In this document: piece after piece, positions 52,942 to 64,000 of the stretch | Position numbering within the stretch: the stretch's first letter is position 1 | Layout: each line of letters opens with the position of its first letter | From: Epiperipatus broadwayi | Lineage: Eukaryota > Animalia > Onychophora | DNA: 64,000 nt | Reading direction: 5' to 3' | Assembly: GCA_028023455.1 (NCBI GenBank) | Contig: JAQFVV010000009.1 | Location: 10,230,001 to 10,294,000 of the forward strand | The notes under the pieces: generated by a model | Seen by the model: the letters and a program-made list of their open reading frames with translations, nothing else | Told to the model about the DNA's origin: nothing | Database searches by the model: none | Program-made: the position numbers and the translations under genes

Positions 52942-54733
52942 ACATTAAAGTTTGTTTTGCCTCTTAACATCTAACATAATCTTTCTATTTAAAAAACTGT
53001 TAAAACATTTAAATTGGGTTATATTCTCAAGTTGATAGCCAACCCAGCTACCTTGAAAAATTTTAATTCTTATATGGTTGGTATTCATATGAAATTAGTA
53101 TGTTAAAAAATTGACAACATTTATTTTCTCTTTTTACAGTGGACCGATAAAAGTTTGCGTATGCAGATATTATTATACATAAATTAATTTTTTATGATGT
53201 TTTTTTTTTGCTTCCATACTATTTATGTTTAATTTGACATTTCAAATTATCTTCATAAAATATTTATTTATGCTGGTTTAAAAAGAAAGATCTTTATATA
53301 TCTGCAGGAATATTGATTGAACTTTACGTTATTAATTTAATATTTGAAATAATAAAAATAAATGTTAAAAAATGTCATTTATTGTTTTATTTACACACAC
53401 ACTCATACAAAAATGTATAAATTCTGAAAAAAAAAATCTGTGATATGCTGTGTTATATATTTAAAATAAAAACTTAATCTTTAAAAAATACAAATCTTTC
53501 TCTTGTGAAACTATGATTATAAATTTTATTATAATAAGACTTTTATATATAAAGTATTGTTTATCTCCAGTTCACTATTATCCCTACTTTAAAAACAAAA
53601 CAAAAAAAAAAAAAAAACAACTTTATAAACCTCCAGAATTCTTTTCTTCATTGAAATTAGTCTAAGGACCACTAAATCAGCATTAAAAACTTGTCAACAT
53701 GAAAATGTTCGAAAAATCCGATAATCAATAGTTGGTTCTTTATTTGGTATTTTAGTCTCCATAAGCGATCATGTAACTACCCCCCCCCCCCCACACACCC
53801 TTGTGATAATAAGCCAAATTTAATATAAATCTAAAGTTTTAAATAATAAAATACCACTAGATTATAATAAAATTAAATTCTGATTTGAAAAAGTGTTATA
53901 AAAAAGTTTTTTAAATTTATTTTTAATAAGCTATGTAACTCTTTCTTTCTCTTTGCAATTGTAATTATTAAATTAGCTCTAAATCACTTAAAAAAAAAAA
54001 AAAAATTGACTCAAAAGTATTATGTTGTTAATGAATTTAAGTATATATTTAAAAATTAAACTAAAGAAGATTAACACAACTTATTTAAAAATAATTATTT
54101 AAATTTATTTTTCGATAATCATTTACTACAAAAAGTATTTTAAATGCTCAAATCAAGCTGCCTCTATGCAAAATTGACATATTTATGCATACATATTATA
54201 ATTCTAGTAGTAGGAGCGTAACCGCTACATAATCAGATTTGAAAAATAACGCGCGCGTGCGTGTGCTTCTCCACATGCGCATATACGGTAGAGAAAAAGA
54301 AAATATGCAGTTTGTAAATTAAAGGGCATTTTAAGGTCTTTTTGGTTTCATCTACTTTGAAGTGTGTTATAAATAAAATTTTATCCATTCCTATAGAAAA
54401 TAGAAAGGTGAGTTCAAATCCAAGTAGAAGAATTGTAAATTAACAATATTTTTTTAATTATAAATAAAATAAAAGCCGGCAAAGAATTTCTCAGTGTGTT
54501 TAAAATTTTAAAAAATCAGATATATTAATCTTTAACTGAGGTTTAAAGTTTATGTCCATGGTAGAGATAATCTCTAGTTTCGAAAATGATTAGTAATAAT
54601 CATTAGTGTATTTATCTGAAATGGATGGCGTCAAAGTTGTCAGTGGAAGGAGTTTGACAATGGTAAATGAAAATGTAACAATTTACTCTAGATAAATAGT
54701 ATGCATATAATAAAGATATATATGAGAGAGAGT

Positions 54734-54786
54734 GACCTGGGCCAATTGATGAGTGCTGGTTCAGCACAAAATGCATCTTGGGGGTC
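54734..54786 (+). ncRNA. Fossil minimal type I hammerhead (two core substitutions)
   Basis: GACC..CCAA TTGATGA GTGCTG GTT CAGCAC AAAA TGCA TC TTGG..GGTC: stem I, a 6-bp stem II and palindromic ATGCAT stem III are intact; the core carries C3>U and G12>A. Confidence 0.6.
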
Positions 54787-55326
54787 ATTTGTCTTTTATT
54801 ATATCTTTATTTATATGAATTTGAAAAGAATGGAGAAGTGTGGAGGTGTTTATTATATCTATAATTTCTCTCTTGTATTGTGTATTAGATTTAAAAAACA
54901 AACAAACAAACGGATATTTCTTTCTTTTGTTGAAAAATATAATGAAATATTTTTCTCTACATTCCAAGATGGTAGTATAGTTTATATTATGGTATGGTTG
55001 ATTGCTAATGATGTCTTAAGCAGTTATTCATTCAGAGATCAACTTCATTCTAGTGTGGATTTACCAATTCCAAACTGCAAGATGTACATTAAAAAAGTTG
55101 AAGTGAGTCTTTGTAGAGAATAATAGAAGCTATAAGAATGTTTTATTATATTAGGAAATATTTTGCCATGAAAGGCTAGGCAAGAACAATGCAGTGTATG
55201 AAGTTATATCTCTATTTCTTATAATCTGCCAATAAAAGGAAAGAACTAGACTGCAGTCAAATCGCCAAAGACTCATATATATATTGCATATGCACTGCAT
55301 GAATCTAATGCTAATTTATGTATTCA

Positions 55327-58300
55327 GTTTGTGGTGAAGGCTTTTTTCTGCCAGATACCTTTTCTTTTTATACCAGAAGATATATCTTTCTCATAGACCT
55401 TCTCTACTATACCCAGACCTTCATTTCATTATTGATCCATTTCTTCATTCCCCCATATTGTAGGTCCCTCTGAAACCAAACTGCACTAGTCTTCAAACCC
55501 CACTATCCTGAACTGCTTTAGGAAACTTGGTTACTTTCACCATTCAATCTCTCCTATTCCACCTGCTGGTGTTGCAATTCTGATATCCAACAATATCCCA
55601 TTTGAATCTTTTCAAAATTAATTATATAAACCAACATATGATTGTCGCTACCTTATTCCATAGAGAATTATTCATTTGTTAATTAATCCAGCAAATTAAT
55701 ATCACACTTACCTCAAACTCCTACCCAACCACATTCCTGGGAGATTTCAACATTTTTTATTAAGAATTTACCACAAATATATCCATAATCTAAATATGAA
55801 TTTCATGTGTGGTGAAGGCTTCTTTCTGCCAGATACCCTTTTCCTTTTATACTAGAAGATATATCTTTCTCATAGACCTTCTCTACTATACCCAGACCTT
55901 CATTTCATTATTGATCCATTTCTTCAACCCATTCCTCTTAGATCACCTTGAGTTATCTCTCAATATTTTCCTGGACCTCAATCATGCTCCATTCTAAATC
56001 TAAACTATACCACTAGAATTCTTCTTAAATTTTCATCCCCTGAAGCAATTCTCTTTAAGGCATATATTTTATTTCCATAAGATAAAAAAGTCTTACTCTA
56101 CCACAAACAGAGGCCTGGTTCACTTTCATCCAAATTTTAATATCAATCATCTCATATTACACTTCACGTAACAAATGATCTTCAATGCTCCTAATGGATC
56201 TTGAAATGATGTCAGCACCCTCAAAAATCTACCCCTAAACTCAATTTCCATTGATTCCATCTTAAATCTAAAACCTCAGTACAAAAGCAAACAGATTATT
56301 CTTGTGGAATATCTATCCACCAAAAAATCAAAGATCTACTTGAGTCACCCCATAATTGGTCCAGAGGCTACATTAGGTGGACCCTGGGCCATAGAGATAA
56401 GCAAGCCACTCCATCATTCATCATTGTAAGGAACTGGCTGTATACCAGATCAAACATGATTCAAGAGATTTTTTACCTATTTCAGAATAAGTTCTCCACC
56501 TTTCTGCCAGAACTCAGACAAGACACTCCAATTGATTCATCAACCACAGACCATGGTATAACTCGGGGATATTCTTGCAAAATTAAGCTCCATGCCAATA
56601 AAATCCATCCAGGTCTCCATGTGATTCCTTGATTTCTTCTATTACATTTGTCCAACTTCTCCATACCAATCATATATAATCTAATCAACCACATTTCTTC
56701 TGGTATCTTAGACATTGGTGGGCTCTACTTCATAGCGATGATGCCTTTCCTCAAGTGCAACACTATTCTTTTGTCACTGGAAAATCTTAGGCCATCTCTA
56801 TGACTCCACTGATGGTCAAAATTATCAAATTGGTCATTAAAGATATCCCGATATCAATTTGTGGCAAATTCACTGCAGGTGTTATTAATCTTTTTAAAAA
56901 TCATCATTGATCATATCAAGAAAGCCAGACAGTTGAGATCAGTGATAATCCAACTTGACATAACTGCAGCCTTCAAGTCCATTCAGTTTAATTATCTCAT
57001 GTCACTTGGTGAGCATGACCTTCTCCTTGGAATCATCAACATAATCAAAAACCTCTATAATTGAGAAATCTTCATTTCCCTCAATGGGAAAACTATCCAT
57101 TCTATTTACTACTATGGCCTCCATCCCTCATTCTTACTCAGCACCCTGTTTTAGTACCTATCTTAATCCCTTGCTCCTTCAAATCAAGAAGTCTCTTTCT
57201 GGCATCTACATCACCTTCATGGATAACTTGGACATGTTTCTGCCTTCAAGAAACCTAATTCTTCAGCTCCTCCTAATACTAAAAGAATTTTTAGATCAAT
57301 CCTGCCTGCAATTTAATATGACAAAGTTGTCTGCCTGGAAATTAGCCTCAGGTAACATCATTGTCTCTCTATTCTCAGCAAAGCCTCAACATTTCTTAGG
57401 CTATCCAATATTTTTAATTCATGCACTACCATGAGGAGAACAATCCAAGATAAACTGTTCTAATCCTCACACAGAATTACCTCTGCCCTTTCCAAGGTGT
57501 ATATGTCCATGTTTACCAAGTTCTCCCTCATCAATATCCTGTTTTCCCTAAAAATATCATACTTTACTCTTATTATTGATTTCACCAAAGCATTCATTAA
57601 AAATATTCATAGAATGCATAGAATGTGTACCAGTCTGATCTGGGGAGGAAAGGCTACAACAATTAACTTGAGAAACCTCCAAAAACATACCAAATTTAAT
57701 AATCTTCTCCTTCATTCCATAGACACCTTTCAATTTCAACATACTTACAACACCATTAATAGAATTTTCTTACAATATCCTAATGCCCTACCCTTTATTG
57801 AGACTTCCTACTGACAAACCCCTTCCTTCATCTCTCATATCCCATATCGCAAAGTTTACAACCATCCCGAATAAATCCTCTTTGCAGAAAATTATTTTTG
57901 GGAAGCCTACCATATTATAACCCCTAATGTTTCTCCTGGCCCCACTTTCCTAAAGATTAACAACCATATTCTATTCAAAAAATTTAAATGATGGTTCCTC
58001 AAACCCAAATTTTTTGACTTTTTTTTAAAAATTAACCTTAATACCCTTCCCACAAATCACTTCCTTGTACACTATTGAGGTTTCTTGGACATTGATTCAA
58101 TTTGCTTTTTGTCTCTCAGAGAGGATGAAACCTCAGCCCACCTTCTTTGTCACTGCCTCCTCCTACAACCATACAGAGATTTTTCAGCCTCTATTTCAAT
58201 AAATAAAAATCGTACTCTTTCAACTCTCATCGATAGCATTCTTCATGGCACCGTCCCTGGGATGCACTCAACAACCTTCATCCTTTTCTCACTATGGTTC

Positions 58301-58912
58301 ACCTGATGTTGGCTCATTTTTAATCTGGCTCCAGAGAGCTCACTGGACATATTAATTAATAAACTAAAAAAAAATTCATCTGAGGGACCAAAACCTGGCA
58401 CCTCCCTATGTATTTGAAGCCACATGGAAAGCAATTCCTATACCTTCTTAAAGTTCCACTACTTTTACACATTGTGGCTTTTCTTACATCCAAAAATTGT
58501 GGCTTTTCTTACATCCAAAAATTGCCAATCTATAATGGGTTTGCTTTTACCTGGGATTCACAGTGGATTTCTATTCTTTCCCAAATTTACTTCTAAAATC
58601 CGGCCTATCTCCTGTGGAACTGGCATTGCCTAAGTAAACTCTGCCCCTCCAGGGACAAAACTTTAGAAATTCTCTCCTTATAAATCACTGAAGTTATAGA
58701 TCAAGGTTCTGTTATCAAAAAATGTTTTTTCTTCTCCTTTCTAGTAGAATGTTCAAACCTTGTTTGGTTTATATAGATTGGCAGAGAGTGTAATTCCTGT
58801 TTTTTATTGTAAAGTACTTAATCCAAATTTATTGATCTCACCTTCTGATTGTATCATCCATTTACTTGTATTCACTGTTCCATAATAAAAATTTTATTTT
58901 TATAAAAAAAAG
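55327..58912 (+). mobile_element. L1-like non-LTR retrotransposon, 5'-truncated ORF2, decayed
   Basis: SETKL, AGVAILI, FLGDFN, LDH (EN); QLDITAAFKSI, ITFMDNL (RT); C-terminal CFLS...ETSAHLLCHC zinc motif; AATAAA-like signal and A-run at ~58885-58912. Confidence 0.8.
58471..58520. repeat. 25-bp perfect tandem duplication
   Basis: ATTGTGGCTTTTCTTACATCCAAAA x2. Confidence 0.95.
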
Positions 58913-60189
58913 TCATTACAGTGTTTCAAGTTTAGGAACTATTTATATATCATTTGAAATGATTATATTCAATCATTATTATAATGGAAATACTTGAAAA
59001 ATATATCTATTATTATTGAGTGTTCACTATAATAGGGATAGGAGGGGTGACACATGTAAAATGCATATACATTAAATAAAGAAAAGTATAGCGTACATTT
59101 AATCTGCATTTGAAAGAGCAAATTAATCCAGCTGAAATCTTTCTATTTGTGCTATCTGCTATATTTATTCATCTAAGATGAATAATTAATAAATACCAAA
59201 TAATGTCAAATAAATATTCAAATTAATTTTTAGCTATTAGACATTCATAGAGAGAAGTTTGTATCAGAACTATCTCATCATCAAAAAATACTGTCAGCAC
59301 ATATAAGCCTATATATCTCTCTTTACCAATTCTCTCCAATTTTGATTGTACTTTGTAAGAATGCTGAGCAAATTTAAATTGGCCACCTTTTTATAATGCC
59401 ATTTCACATATTATGTGTTCAAAAAGTAATTATATTGGTTTTAAAATTTGAAGTTGCTTGAAAATTCAAACCATTCGCTTGAATAGCATGAGTAAAAGTG
59501 GCTGCTGGGATGATAATTTCTTTTGCTGATGACAACCAATATTTAGAAACTGGTCTGAGAATGTGTTTGGCAGTTCTACTCACATGACACTGATTACTTA
59601 TGTTTATGTGGATGTTTCACAAATAAAGTAGATCATTTTATAGGAATAAATTTTATTGAAAAAGTTTAACATAATATGAAATTATATTATTAAAAGTATT
59701 ACAATAGTGTTAATTAAGTGCTTCACATTTTATAGATGTTTTAAAAATGGTATTTAATTTAAAATGCTAAAGTTTTTCTTGTATTCATATAATGTATTTA
59801 TTTTATTAATAAAAGAAAATTTCTACTATGAACTTTTAATGAATTAAATTATTTTAAATTAAAAAATGTTATCATTTAATTCTCAATGCTATCAAACTAA
59901 ATATAGTAAAATGTCTATTAATTATGCAGTGCTAAATAATAAAATAGTCATATAGTTTATGTCTGGTAGTTATGTGATGTTCAAATGTCCAAGCAACAGA
60001 TTAAATACAATTATTTTAAGATTTCAATCAGGCTAAATTAGTGAATCATCTAACTGTTAGTAGGTTTGAGGGCATCTAATTAGCTAAAGAATAAAACAAT
60101 GATGCAGAACACTAAAACCATCACTATCCAGTTTAATAAATATAAATACAGAAAATAATGATAATTACAAATACAATTAGCAGTATAAT

Positions 60190-60400
60190 GAACAGAATAA
60201 AGAAAAACATTGGATATGGCCATGTTTAATGGATAGATAGTAGTAGTCTATCAAGTCAGACAATAGAGTAGACATTAATTGAAATATGCAAAACAGATAA
60301 ACAATCAAGATAGGTTAAAAAATAAGTCTATGGGCTTCAGTTATTTGCAATAAAGATATTGCAATAAACAGGGCAGAAAGAATGGAATTTTGACATTAGC
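60190..60400 (+). mobile_element. Possible old RTE-type 3' remnant
   Basis: TGGATATGGCCATGTTTAATGGAT resembles the W(Y)GHVxRM motif; boundaries uncertain. Confidence 0.3.
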
Positions 60401-61217
60401 AGAGTGTCAAATTTATTCTTGACCTAAAATGTTATGATGATATTTTAAATAATATTTTTAAAGATCTATAAAGAATAAATAGAATTATTTTTGCTAAGAC
60501 TTTCTTATTCATAAAAGAATTGTGGGTTATTTTTTAAATAAATATGAATTCATTATGATTGTTGTTTTTAATATTTCTATAAATTCTTTTAAGTAACACT
60601 ATATTATCTGAATAATTAATTAAGACTATATGTTTATACATAAAATATTAATTACAAATATTTATTTATTCCTTAATTTATTAAAAATCCATTCAAATAG
60701 TTCATTATAAGAAAAAAATAATTTACATGATAAACAATATATACTTTTTTAAAAAAAATCTAATGTAAATTATCTTAGTGGGAAAAAAGTTTAATAAATG
60801 ATAAATGTTTGCATATATTATTACTTTTATAAGCATTTACACGTTATCTGATTATATTTTATATTTATATCCGACTACATCTTTTAAAGCATGACTTTGT
60901 ATATGATAGTAGTGGGTGTAGTTTCTGTGTGTATAAGACATAAGAATGGAGTGAATTTTTGATTAAGTAGATCTAAATCATGATTGGTTCTGGGACCAGA
61001 AGTTAAAAATCTGTAGGCTTATAATTTCTTCTAATATTTTCATTTTTAAAAGTCAATATTCAAATTTAATAGATATACATATATAGAGTTATTTGAAGGA
61101 TATTAAATCTTTACATATTATCTACAGTATTTTCTAAACTGTCAAACATTGCATATTGATTTTAAAAATTAACAATTTCTGCAAAATATGCATTTATTTA
61201 TATACATATAGATATCT

Positions 61218-61383
61218 GGCTGCAGGAAGGAGTTTGCTATTAACTGAAAGGAGACCCTTTGATTCCTCTTGGAGGCCTTAAAGGCACCAAGCAGGGCAAA
61301 TTCCTAATGTCCACTCCATACCTTCTTGTCATTGCAGCTGTTATTACTATGTGACTATTTATATAATATACGAACATGGATGG
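61218..61383 (+). ncRNA. HDV-like ribozyme fold at the RTE 5' end
   Basis: P1 GGCTGCA/TGCAGCT (G-U at the first pair), P2 CCA(C)TCCAT/ATGGATGG, a 13-nt P3-L3 segment with L3 TTCTTGT, GT after P1, P4 TATTA/TAATA and J4/2 TACGAAC. P3 is damaged. Confidence 0.65.
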
Positions 61384-64000
61384 GCTGCTCACCAACAAGC
61401 ATTATCCAGCGTGATGAGTTTATTGGCTTTTTACCTCTGAGTTTAAGAATATTTTTTCCAATATATACAATCATGACAGACAAAAATAAATCATGGCTTT
61501 TATTCCCAGGAGGCTGTAAAGTCACTAACCAAGGCAGCGGTTGATGGCCAAGGGTGAAGGGTGCTAAGAATCCCCTGATTGCGAATCCAGGCTGCCATTT
61601 GATGATGACTTTTTATTTAGGTACTTACAACTGCAGATCACTTTTAAGTGAAGGAATATTGCAAGAATTAGAAGAAGAACTGTCTTATATTAAATGGGAC
61701 ATTATTGGACTTTGTGAAGTTAGAAGAAAAGGTGAGGAGACAATTGATTTAAAAAGTGGACATATACTCTATTATAAAGGCACAAATATTGAAAATACAA
61801 GTGGAGTAGAATTCATTATAAATAAAAAGTGGAAGAACAATATTGTGGAGATTGATGCTGTATTGGACAGAGGGGCAAGATTAATTATAGAATTTAATAG
61901 CAGATACCAAATGTAGATAATTCAAGTTTATGCCCCAACAAGTTCTCATAATGTGATGAAGTAGTAGAAGATTTTTATATGGATGTTCAAAAGGCTTTTG
62001 ATCAGAGTAAACAACATTTTAAAATTGTTATGGGAGACTTTAATGCTAGAATTGGTAAGCAACTGAAAGATGAAAGTGCTGTAGGTAATTTTGGTTATGG
62101 TAATAGAAATGAGAAAAACTTTATATTATGAATTCTTTTTTTGAGAAAAATGTTAAAAGGAAATGGACATGGAAGCATCCAAATGAAGGTACAGCAGAAT
62201 TGGATTATATTTTGACTAACAGAAAATACATATTTCAAGATTGTAATGTTCTTAATATATTTAACACAGGAAGTGATCATTGATTAGTAAGGTGTAAGAT
62301 ATGTGTTAATGTAAAACTAGAGAGACAAAAATTATTAAGGAAAACAATATTTACAGTTGATATTCATAATCTTCAGAAACATTCTAATGAATTTAAATTA
62401 AAACTTACAAATCGGTTTCAAGTATTAGTAGATTTTGAACATGATTCAGATTTGAATGAAATTAATATAAAAATAACTGATACACTTTTAAAAACTGCAA
62501 CAAAGATAGCTGGTAGAAAAAAGCAGCAATTGACCATTAAAATTTCTACTGAGACTAGAGAATTTATGAAGAAAAGAAGGAATATGAAGATATACAAAAA
62601 TGATGCATTAAAAAGGATTGAATATCTCGAATTTTGTAAAATGGTGTGGAAAAGAGTTGAAAATAATATAAGAAAGTATAACTGTGAACTAGCAAGGAAA
62701 GCTGTAGAAGAAAACAAAAGTCTCAAGAATGTTAAACAACATTTTGGTATTTGTAGGAAATTTATATCTGGAATAAGAAAAAAAAATGTAATTATTACTA
62801 AAAAGAGAAATGACATCATGAAATTGGTAGAAGATTTTTATGAAGAATTATATAGTAATAAAGAACAAGTACCTCCTATATCTATTACACCTTCCAAATT
62901 GCCCAGAATTTTAAATGAAGAAGGTGAGACATGCAATTAAACATATGAAAAATGGAAAGGCTCCAGGTAATGATGGAATTATAATTGATGTATTAAAAGA
63001 AGCAGGTGAAAAAATATAAATATTTTTAGCAAAGTTATAAACCAAATGTGTAAATGATAAAGGTGTACCAAATGATTGGAAGAATGCTGTAATAATATTA
63101 ATATTTAAAAAAAGTGATAAAGAAGATATTAGAAATTACTGACCTATCGACCTTTTATCAGTTTTATATAAAATTTTTACCAAGATAATTACAACTCGTC
63201 TACAGAGAATATTGGATTTCCACCAACCAAGAGAACAAGCTGTATTTAAAAGTGGTTTTAGTACAGTAGATCATATCCAGGTATTGAGAGAAGTTATAAA
63301 AAGGACAAATGAATATGAGTTGTCATTATGTTTTGGATTTGTAGATTATAAAAAGGCATTTGATTCTATAACCATTTTTTCAGTGATTAAAGCATTGAAT
63401 CATCAAGGTATAGATCCAGGATATTGTCATATTTTAAAGAATATTTATAAAAATGCAACAGCAACAATTAGATTACATAATGATACTGGGAAAGTCAACA
63501 TTGGGAAAGGTGTAAGACAAGGTGACTCCATATCTCCAAAACTTTTTACTGCAGTGCTGCAAGAAGTCTTTTGTGGATTAAAATGGGAAACTAAAGGAGT
63601 GAAAGTAAATGGAGATTATTTAAATCATTTAGATTTCACAGATGATGTAGTTGTTTTTGCAAATAATGCTTCAGAGCTGCAGGAAATGTTGCAGGAGTTA
63701 GCAGATGAAAGTAAGAAAGTAGGACTAAAGATAAATGTTAAAAAGACTAAAGTAATGTTTAATCGATTTGCTCAAAATATGAAAATAAAGATTGATTATG
63801 GTGAATTAGAAGAAATTAACAATTACAAATACCTTGATCAGATTATTAATACAGATGGAAACATAATGGAGGAAATTAATCATAGAATTAAACTTGGTTG
63901 GAGTGCTTTTGGTAGAAATAACTTGATACTAAAAGGAAATATGCCTATGTGTTTGAAAAGGAAGGTTTTTAACAAATGTGTTTTACCAGATCTTACTTAT
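61218..64000 (+). mobile_element. RTE-clade LINE with 5' UTR, APE endonuclease and RT, pseudogenised (continues past the window end)
   Basis: GTYNCRSL...WDIIGLCEVRRKG, QVYAPTS, MGDFNARIG, GSDH, GKAPGNDG, GVRQGDSISPKLF, LNHLRFTDDVV; stops and frameshifts throughout. Confidence 0.93.

Noticed and set aside
53120-53165. Polypyrimidine-AG acceptor, 19-nt segment, GTATGC donor (possible microexon)
   Set aside because: Not a multiple of three, weak donor and no partner exons recognisable; such sites are common by chance in AT-rich DNA.
54701-55123. 140-aa ORF
   Set aside because: No recognisable domain, AT-rich codon bias, and it overlaps the fossil hammerhead; probably a chance open frame.
59521-59561. 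Hammerhead-like string CTGATGA...GAAACTGGTC TGAG
   Set aside because: Stem II is at most two A-U pairs and stem I is mostly wobble pairs. The same bases read IISFADD in frame, so a chance match inside an RT relic explains it at least as well.

Overview
AT-rich eukaryotic, probably invertebrate, non-genic DNA made largely of decayed transposable elements; no host gene can be supported. Recognisable relics: RTE-clade LINEs (1-1233, 61218-end and several 3' stubs), a Penelope-like element (PLE) in head-to-head inverted form (1487-3075), a Jockey/CR1-group LINE on the minus strand (16388-22120), two L1/Tx1-like LINEs (about 22660-27660 and 55327-58912), a very old Gypsy pol (about 40100-42460) and a Merlin/IS1595-type DNA transposon derivative (about 49915-50746). 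The main signal is a set of non-coding mobile units carrying self-cleaving-ribozyme folds. The clearest is a 2.1-kb array of 456-457-nt monomers (17831-19931), each with a type I hammerhead fold and a palindromic stem III, inserted into the LINE with a 12-bp target-site duplication (TSD). A diverged relative with a ~379-nt monomer and a 16-bp TSD lies at 13574-14191, a fold-back remnant at 52674-52941 and a solitary fossil hammerhead at 54734-54786. These resemble metazoan retrozymes or PLE-dependent circular-RNA retroelements. An HDV-like ribozyme fold also marks the 5' end of the RTE at 61218-61383. All folds and translations were read by eye; no ribozyme activity or database match has been verified.
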